A stretch of DNA of 64,000 nt from the human T2T-CHM13v2.0 reference genome, Homo sapiens: positions 31,136,001 through 31,200,000 of the forward strand of contig CP086569.2 of NCBI GenBank assembly GCA_009914755.4, in the 5' to 3' direction. Shown one piece after another: positions 1 through 64,000 of this stretch (the first letter of the stretch is position 1; every line of letters starts with the position of its first letter). The translations under genes were made by a program, and so were the position numbers. The notes under the pieces are model-generated. The model worked only from the letters and a program-made list of their open reading frames with translations, was not told where the DNA came from and did not search any database.

Positions 1-2418
1 TGAAGGCTCAGAGTTTTGTTTCAAGAACTGAATCCCAAGCCCACACGTTATTAGGCTGCGCTTCTTAAAACAAGTTACGAGATGGGAAAAAGGGCACCCA
101 CAAACATACGTATACATTATGTATATAATAATATACAGTATCATATATATAAGATATATAACCTATGTATAATATTGTTTTACATCCTGCATCTTATATT
201 ATATATATTGTATAAAATATAATAATTGATAATATATGTTTTATATTTATACAATATGACATATAGTATATATTATAATTTATGACATATATAATATATG
301 TTATATATCATATATAGAATATATTATACGGTTAATATATGTATTAAATATAAATTATAAATTATATATATTATATATAGTATATCTGCTATATATAATA
401 CCCATTATGCATAATATATATATTATGTCTATGTTATATATAGTATAAAACAACACATAATAATATATAATTGTATATATAAAATGCGACATAAAATATA
501 TATTATATTTTATGACATATGTAATATATATTATATATTATATATAATACGTTGTATGTATAATGCCTATATTAAATATATATTATAAGACTATGTTATT
601 AATTACATGTCACATGTGTTATATATTATGTATTTTACATAGAATATACCGGTTACATACAATATATACTATGTTACCTACAATGTATAATTGATTACAT
701 GTAAAATAAAGAATGCAATATATTATGTATAATTTATAATATACAATATGTGGAATATGATATATATAACATATATTATATGATATATGATATACAGTAT
801 ATGATATATAACATACAATATATGATACCTAATATATATGGTATACAATATATATTTTATGATACGTATTCTCTATGTTTTATATTCTGTTATATAAAAC
901 TATTTGAAATTATATATAACTGTATAATATTTTATGTAAATATGTAATATAATATATATAACTATATAATATATTATATATAACTATATATTATGTTATA
1001 TATACTTTTATAACACAATTTACATAAAATATCATAATATAATATATATTATATTATTTCATATTACATAATATATATTACATATCACCCAACATAAGTA
1101 ACATACATAATATTATAATATAGATTATATTATGATATACTAAATATCATATATATCATGTATCACATATTCTATAATATATATTACACATTATATAATA
1201 TGTATTTTGTCTATTATGTGATATATATAACTATATATATAATTATATTATTATACATATAACTAGATAAACATGTAATTCTACATATTTTCATTTATAA
1301 TATATAGAATTATATAATCATATATAATTATTTATATTCTATAAAAAATTATATCATTATATAAATTATAATATATAAAAATTATAATATGTACTACAAA
1401 TATATATATTATATATCATATATGATATAGTACCTTTGTTATATATCATAATACGTATAAATGTGTATTATGTTATCTATAATTATATAATTTCATATAT
1501 AAGATGTATAATATGTATCATATATTATATATGTTATGTAATATATATAGTATATATAAGATGACACAGGATAAATATTATATACTATGACATATAAAAT
1601 ATATGAGGTTATATGTTACATATAAGGCATAGCACATAACATGTAATATATATCATATATAATTTTTTTTTAGACAGAGTCTTGTCCTGTTGCACAGGGT
1701 GGGGTACAATGGCGCCATCTTTGCTCACTGCAATATCTGCCTCATGGGTCCAAGCGATTGTCCTCCCTCAGCCTCCCAGGTAGCTGGGACTACACCACAC
1801 TGGGACTACACCAGCTGCCACCATGCCTAGCTAATTTTTTGGATTTTTAGTAGTGACAGCATTTCACTGTATTGGCCAGGATGGTCTTGATCTCTTCACC
1901 TTGTGATCCCCTTGCCTTGGCCTCCAAATTTGCTGGGATTACAGGCCTGAGCCAAGATCCATATTTTTTAAATGAAAAAAAATTTCAAAGGTACTCTGCT
2001 TGGTACAATAATCAAATGTATAAACTGAGGAATAAAACATAACCAGGAAACCTACTTATAACTGCATATGGAAAATACAGAGGATAATTTTTTAAATAAC
2101 ATATTTTGAAAGCCTTAACTAGTAGTTTGAAGAGTTGGCATTTGAAAGGCCAGTATGAATATACCTTCAAAGCAGCAACACAGGTTCCCCATGAGAAAAA
2201 GCAAACTCAGGGAAAATAAAACCACAAAGGTTCAATCTCTTCTGACCTTTGAAAGACACAGCACAGACAGTGGTCCTTAGGACGAAGAGCAGGAGACCCC
2301 TAATTCCGTCACCATGGCGATAGGGCATAAACATTGCTGGGTGACGGCACAATCCACATTGTGAGGTCCAACTGCTGCCAGGAAGACAGGAGTGCTTTTA
2401 CATAGACCGAAAGGTCAT
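1..2418. repeat. Satellite unit 1 (variant A). AT-rich segment ~105-1662, Alu(-) 1663-1955, mixed-composition segment 1956-2418. Unit phase is chosen arbitrarily at 'tgaaggctcag'.
   Basis: The period is defined by the recurring unit-start motif. Diagnostic variants: 'ggttaatatatgtatt' and 'gtgacggcac' (R-variant artefact ORF at 2167). Confidence 0.85.
1663..1955 (-). mobile_element. Alu element (antisense, 5'-truncated by ~12 bp, T9 tract equals the poly-A tail) embedded in satellite unit 1
   Basis: The plus strand reads T9 + 'agacagagtcttgtcctgttgcacagggtgg...cctcagcctcccaggtagctgggactaca...ggccaggatggtcttgatctc...tgctgggattacaggcctgagcca', which is the reverse complement of Alu consensus. 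CpGs are largely decayed to TG/CA. Confidence 0.92.
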
Positions 2419-2530
2419 TGAAGGCTCAGAGTTTTGTTTCAAGAACTGAATCCCAAGCCCACAGGTTATTAGGCTGCGCTTCTTAAAACAAGTTACGAGA
2501 TGGGAAAAAGGGCACCCACAAACATACGTA
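1956..2530. other. Representative mixed-composition (non-Alu, non-AT-rich) segment of the satellite unit, ~570 bp, spanning the arbitrary unit boundary
   Basis: Moderate-GC sequence 'atattttttaaatgaaaaaaaatttcaaagg ... gggcacccacaaacatacgtatac', present once per unit. It hosts the recurring 61-aa artefact ORF on the minus strand. Confidence 0.8.
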
Positions 2531-4368
<1,838 letters not shown>

Positions 4369-4831
4369 GATCCATATTTTTTAAATGAAAAAAAATTTCA
4401 AAGGTACTCTGCTTGGTACAATAATCAAATGTATAAACTGAGGAATAAAACATAACCATGAAACCTACTTATAACTGCATATGGAAAATACAGAGGATAA
4501 TTTTTTAAATAACATATTTTGAAAACCTTAACTAGTAATTTGAAGAGTTGGCATTTGAAAGGCCAGTATGAATATACCTTCAAAGCAGCAACACAGGTTC
4601 CCCATGAGAAAAAGCAAACTCAGGGAAAATAAAACCACAAAGGTTCAATCTCTTCTGACCTTTGAAAGACACAGCACAGACAGTGGTCCTTAGGACGAAG
4701 AGCAGGAGACCCCTAATTCCGTCACCATGGCGATAGGGCATAAACATTGCTGGGTGAGGGCACAATCCACATTGTGAGGTCCAAGTGCTGCCAGGAAGAC
4801 AGGAGTGCTTTTACATAGACCGAAAGGTCAT

Positions 4832-19349
<14,518 letters not shown>

Positions 19350-21769
19350 TGAAGGCTCAGAGTTTTGTTTCAAGAACTGAATCCCAAGCCCACACGTTAT
19401 TAGGCTGCGCTTCTTCAAACAAGTTATGAGATGGGAAAAAGGGCACCCACAAACATACGTATACATTATGTATATAATAATATACAGTATCATATATATA
19501 ATATATATAACCTATGTATAATATTGTTTTACATCCTGCATCTTATGTTATATATATTGTATAAAATATAATAATTGATAATATATAAGTTTTATATTTA
19601 TACAATATGACATATAGTATATATTATAATTTATGACATATATAATATATGTTATATATCATATATAGAATATATTATACGGTTAATATATGTATTAAAT
19701 ATAAATTATAAATTATATATATTATATATAGTATATCTGCTATATATAATACCCATTATGCATAATATATATATTATGTCTATGTTATATATAGTATAAA
19801 ACAACACATAATAATATATAATTGTATATATAAAATGCGACATAAAATATATACTATATTTTATGACATATGTAATATATATTATATATTATATATAATA
19901 CGTTGTATGTATAATGCCTATATTAAATATATATTATAAGACTATGTTATTAATTACATGTCACATGTGTTATATATTATGTATTTTACATAGAATATAC
20001 CGGTTACATACAATATATACTATGTTACCTACAATGTATAATTGATTACATGTAAAATAAAGAATGCAATATATTATGTATAATTTATAATATACAATAT
20101 GTGGAATATGATATATATAACATATATTATATGATATATGATATACAGTATATGATATATAACATACAATATATGATACCTAATATATATGGTATACAAT
20201 ATATATTTTATGATACGTATTCTCTATGTTTTATATTCTGTTATATAAAACTATTTGAAATTATATATAACTGTATAATATTTTATGTAAATATGTAATA
20301 TAATATATATAACTATATAATATATTATATATAACTATATATTATGTTATATATACTTTTATAACACAATTTACATAAAATATCATAATATAATATATAT
20401 TATATTATTTCATATTACATAATATATATTACATATCACCCAACATAAGTAACATACATAATATTATAATATAGATTATATTATGATATACTAAATATCA
20501 TATATATCATGTATCACATATTCTATAATATATATTACACATTATATAATATGTATTTTGTCTATTATGTGATATATATAACTATATATATAATTATATT
20601 ATTATACATATAACTAGATAAACATGTAATTCTACATATTTTCATTTATAATATATAGAATTATATAATCATATATAATTATTTATATTCTATAAAAAAT
20701 TATATCATTATATAAATTATAATATATAAAAATTATAATATGTACTACAAATATATATATTATATATCATATATGATATAGTACCTTTGTTATATATCAT
20801 AATACGTATAAATGTGTATTATGTTATCTATAATTATATAATTTCATATATAAGATGTATAATATGTATCATATATTATATATGTTATGTAATATATATA
20901 GTATATATAAGATGACACAGGATAAATATTATATACTATGACATATAAAATATATGAGGTTATATGTTACATATAAGGCATAGCACATAACATGTAATAT
21001 ATATCATATATAATTTTTTTTTAGACAGAGTCTTGTCCTGTTGCACAGGGTGGGGTACAATGGCGCCATCTTTGCTCACTGCAATATCTGCCTCATGGGT
21101 CCAAGCGATTGTCCTCCCTCAGCCTCCCAGGTAGCTGGGACTACACCACACTGGGACTACACCAGCTGCCACCATGCCTAGCTAATTTTTTGGATTTTTA
21201 GTAGTGACAGCATTTCACTGTATTGGCCAGGATGGTCTTGATCTCTTCACCTTGTGATCCCCTTGCCTTGGCCTCCAAATTTGCTGGGATTACAGGCCTG
21301 AGCCAAGATCCATATTTTTTAAATGAAAAAAAATTTCAAAGGTACTCTGCTTGGTACAATAATCAAATGTATAAACTGAGGAATAAAACATAACCAGGAA
21401 ACCTACTTATAACTGCATATGGAAAATACAGAGGATAATTTTTTAAATAACATATTTTGAAAGCCTTAACTAGTAGTTTGAAGAGTTGGCATTTGAAAGG
21501 CCAGTATGAATATACCTTCAAAGCAGCAACACAGGTTCCCCATGAGAAAAAGCAAACTCAGGGAAAATAAAACCACAAAGGTTCAATCTCTTCTGACCTT
21601 TGAAAGACACAGCACAGACAGTGGTCCTTAGGACGAAGAGCAGGAGACCCCTAATTCCGTCACCATGGCGATAGGGCATAAACATTGCTGGGTGACGGCA
21701 CAATCCACATTGTGAGGTCCAACTGCTGCCAGGAAGACAGGAGTGCTTTTACATAGACCGAAAGGTCAT
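19350..21769. repeat. Satellite unit 9 (D/H-type first ~240 bp, then a copy of unit 1)
   Basis: The first ~240 bp are identical to the heads of units 5, 8 and 17 ('cttcttcaaac'). From ~19590 onward the sequence matches unit 1 at an offset of 19351 bp, including the identical 65-aa and R-variant artefact ORFs. Confidence 0.85.
21014..21306 (-). mobile_element. Alu copy in unit 9
   Basis: Identical to the unit-1 copy, including 'gcaatatctgcctcatggg'. Confidence 0.9.
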
Positions 21770-55628
<33,859 letters not shown>

Positions 55629-56995
55629 TGAAGGCTCAGAGCTTTGTTTCAAGAACTGAATCCCAAGCCCACACGTTATTAGGCTGCGCTTCTTAAAACA
55701 AGTTATGAGATGGGAAAAAGGGCACCCACAAACATACGTATACATTATGTATATAATAATATACAGTATCATATATATAATATATATAACCTATGTATAA
55801 TATTGTTTTACATCCTGCATCTTATATTATATATATTGTATAAAATATAATAATTGATAATATATAAGTTTTATATTTATACAATATGACATATAGTATA
55901 TATTATAATTTATGACATATATAATATATGTTATATATCATATATAGAATACATTATACGGTTAATATACGTATTAAATATAAATTATACATTATATATA
56001 TTATATATAACATATCTGTTATATATAATACCCATTATGCATAATATATATATTATGTCTATGTTATATATAGTATAAAACAACATATAATAATATATAA
56101 TTGTATATATAAAATGCGACATATCATATATATTATATTTTATGACATATGTAATATATATTATATATTATATATAATACGTTGTATGTATAATTCCTAT
56201 ATTAAATATATATTATATGACTATGTTATTAATTACATGTCACATATGTTATATATTATATATTTTACATAGAATATACCGGTTACATACAATATATACT
56301 ATGTTACCTATAATGTATAATTGATTACATGTAAAATAAAGAATGCAATATATTATGTATAATTTATAATATACAATATGTGGAATGTGATATATATAAC
56401 ATATAATATATGATATATGATATACAGTATGTGATATATATCATACAATATATGATACGTAATATATATGGTATACAATATATATTTTATGATATGTATT
56501 CTATATGTTTTATATTCTGTTAAATATAACTATTTGAAATTATATATAACTGTATAATATTTTATATAAATATGTAATATAATATATAACTATATAATAT
56601 ATTATATATAACTATATTTTATGTTATATATACTTTTATAACATAATTTACATAAAATATAATAATATAAAATATATTATATTATTTCACATTACATAAT
56701 ATATATTCAATATCACCCAATATAAGTAACATACATACTATTAAAATATAGATTATATTATGTTATATTAAATATCATATATATCATGTATCATATATTC
56801 TATAATATATATTATGCATTATATAATATGCATGTTGTCTATTATGTGATATATATAACTATATATATAATTGTATATTATACATATAACTATATAAACA
56901 TGTAATTCTATATATTTTCATTTATAATATATAGAATTATATAATCATAATTATTTATATTCTATAAAAAATTATATCATTATATAAATTATAAT
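55629..56995. repeat. Satellite unit 24 (truncated: AT-rich part only, about 1367 bp)
   Basis: Ends abruptly after '...tatataaattataat' at unit position ~1374. The following base resumes at unit position ~80 ('gagatgggaaatagggcaccc'). Confidence 0.8.
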
Positions 56996-61723
<4,728 letters not shown>

Positions 61724-62735
61724 TGAAGGCTCAGTGTTTTGTTTCAAAAACTGAATCCCAAGCCCACACGTTATTATGCTGTGCTTCTTAAAAAAAGTTA
61801 TGAGATGGGATATAGGGCACCCACAATTATATCTATACATTATGTATATAATAATATATAGAATCATATATATAATATATTTAACATATATATATAATAC
61901 TGTTTTACATCCTGCAGTTATATTATATATATTATATGTATTATAATAACTGGTAATGTATAAGTATTATATTTATACACTATGACATATAATAATTATA
62001 TTTTATGCCGTATATAATATATATTATATATCATATACCAAATATATTATATGGTTAATATACGTATTAAATATATAATATACATTATATATATTATATC
62101 TACGTTATATATAACATTCACTATAGTTAATATATATATTATATCTAGCTTATATATAATATAAAATAACATATAATAATATATAACTGTATATATAAAA
62201 TATGACATATAATATATATTATATTTTATGACATATATATGATATGTATTATATATTATATATAATATGTTGTAAGTATAATACATGTATTAAATATATA
62301 TTATATGTCTTTGTTATTAATTATATGTAATATATGTTATATATTACATATTTGATATAGAATACACATGTTACATAGAATATATTCTATGTTACATATA
62401 ACGTAGAATTTATTATGTGTAATATAATGTATGTCATATATTATAAATTCCTTATAATATATAATATGTGGAATGTGATATATATAACTTGTAATATATG
62501 ATATATGATATACAATATATGTTATATAACATACAATATATGATACATAATATATATGGTATAGAATATATATTTTATGTTATATATTATATATGTTTTA
62601 TATTTTATTATATATAAATATTTAAAATTATATATAAATGTATAATATTATACGTAAATATATAATATACTACATATAACCATATATTATGTTATATAAA
62701 ATTTTATTACATACTTTCCATAATATATCATATGG
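61724..62735. repeat. Satellite unit 27 (partial: head plus degenerate AT-rich part, truncated at the HSat3 junction)
   Basis: Head 'tgaaggctcagtgttttgtttcaaaaactgaatcccaag'. AT-rich sequence runs to ~62733 and is then replaced by GGAAT-type repeats. Confidence 0.75.
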
Positions 62736-64000
62736 ACTCCTTTGGAATGGTCTAGTATGCAATGCAATCGACTGGCAGGGAATTAAAAGGAATGTAATCG
62801 AATGGATTGCACTGGAATGCAATGGACTCGAATAGATTGGAAACAGAATGCAAAGGAATGGAATGGAATAGTATGGAATGGAATGGAAAGGAATGGAGTG
62901 GAATAGACTAGAGTAGAATGGAATTTACTCGAAAGCAATGGACTGGAATAGAACTTTCTTGAATGGGCTGGAATGAAACGGAATGGAATGCTGTGCAATC
63001 AAATAGAATGAAAGAGAATCAAATCCAATCGAATGGATTGGAAAGGAATTGACTGAAATGGAATGGACTAGAATGGAAGGCAAAGGAATGGAATCTATAG
63101 GAATGGACTGTAATGGAACGGAATGGAAGGGATTGGAATGGAATCGAATGGAATGGACTGCAATAGAAAGGATTCGAATGGAATGAAAAAGAATTGAATG
63201 GAATAGAACAGAATGGAATCAAATCGAATGAAATGGAATGGAATAGAAAGGATTCGAATGGAATGCAATCGAACGGAATGGAATCGAACGGAATGGAATA
63301 AAATGGAAGAAAACTGGCAAGAAATGGAATCGAAATGAATGGAGTGTTATGGAACGGACTCAAAAGGAATTGAATGTAATAGAATGGAGTGGAGTTGACT
63401 CGAATATAATGGACTGGAATGGAATGAAATCACATGGAATGGGAACGAATGGAATGGAATGGAAAGGAATGGAATCGAATGGAAAGGAATCGAATGGAAG
63501 GGAATGCAATTGAATCAACAGGAATGGAAGGGAATAGAATAGACGGTAATGGAATGGACTCGAATAGAATGGACACGAATGCTCAAATTGAATGGACTCG
63601 AATGGAATGGAAACGAAAGGAATGTCATCGAATGGAATTGAATCGATTGGAATGAAATCGCATAGAATGGAGTGGAATCAAATGGAATTGAATCGAAAGG
63701 AAAGGAAGCGAATGGACTGAAATGAAATGGAATGGAATTGAATGGAAAGTAATGCAATGGAATAGAATGGAACGAAATTTCACGGAATGGAATCAAACTG
63801 AATGGAATCAAATCAATGGAATATAATCAAATGGAATGGAAAGGAATTGAATGGAGTAGATTGGATTGGATGGGATTGGAATGAAATGTACTGGAAAGAA
63901 CTCGAATTTCATGAAACGGAATGGAATGAATTGGAACGGAATGGACTCGAATGGAATGGAATGTCATGGAATGGCATCAAATGGAATGGCATCAAAGGAA
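62736..64000. repeat. (GGAAT)n-based pentameric satellite (HSat3/HSat2 type, i.e. classical satellite III/II; DYZ1-like if the locus is Yq12); continues beyond the window
   Basis: Dense 'ggaatggaatggaatcgaatggaatg' repeats on the plus strand with interspersed 'cgaat', 'ggact' and 'caatc' variants, and no AT-rich or Alu component. HSat2 versus HSat3 cannot be separated rigorously by eye. Confidence 0.85.

Noticed and set aside
1975-2000. A-rich tract 'aaatgaaaaaaaatttc' after the Alu as a second retroelement poly-A tail
   Set aside because: Only about 8 As, with no recognisable SINE or LINE body adjacent. It is more likely simple A-rich sequence and is conserved in all units with occasional 1-bp length changes.
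1956-2530. The ~570-bp mixed-composition segment as a possible exon, pseudogene or ncRNA gene
   Set aside because: No recognisable protein or RNA family signature, no splice-site or promoter context that I can support, and its only ORF is the artefact above. Satellite transcription is known in general, but nothing in the sequence itself supports a discrete gene call. It is retained only as a check in the differential-decay finding.
62783-63811. ORFs in the GGAAT satellite (e.g. 63019-63363, 63434-63655, 63515-63811) encoding IPF/HS or MEWNG-type repeats
   Set aside because: Periodic pentamer repeats give long open frames in several phases on both strands. These are classic satellite III translation artefacts.

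Overview
This window is human (primate) constitutive heterochromatin, not a prokaryotic locus. It contains no supportable protein-coding gene, RNA gene, CRISPR array or defence system. Positions 1-62735 hold about 26.5 head-to-tail copies of a composite satellite unit of roughly 2.42 kb. Each unit has an AT-rich low-complexity segment of about 1.56 kb, then one antisense 5'-truncated Alu of about 0.29 kb, then a mixed-composition segment of about 0.57 kb. This architecture matches the human satellite I unit described by Frommer et al. 1984 as a 2.47-kb male-specific unit with one Alu per repeat, now called DYZ2 or HSat1B; that assignment is from memory of the family, not from a search. At about position 62733 the array abuts a (GGAAT)n-rich satellite of the HSat3/HSat2 type (62736-64000). 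HSat1B next to HSat3 is the known organisation of Yq12, where DYZ2 and DYZ1 blocks alternate, but HSat1B also occurs on acrocentric short arms, so the chromosome cannot be assigned from sequence alone. Inside the array the main observations are: (a) a very recent tandem duplication of eight units, about 19.35 kb; (b) an older, slightly more diverged duplication of four units, about 9.68 kb; (c) units that are patchworks of variant blocks shared with non-adjacent units, as expected from gene conversion and unequal crossover; (d) an internal deletion of about 1.1 kb that removes one Alu and the mixed-composition segment, leaving two AT-rich blocks fused at 56995/56996; (e) non-monotonic decay of unit identity toward the array edge, ending in an abrupt junction with the pentameric satellite. 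Every ORF in the supplied track is a translation artefact of repeated or low-complexity DNA. The prompt's suggestion of an undescribed biological system is not supported; the observations worth following up are the structural ones above.
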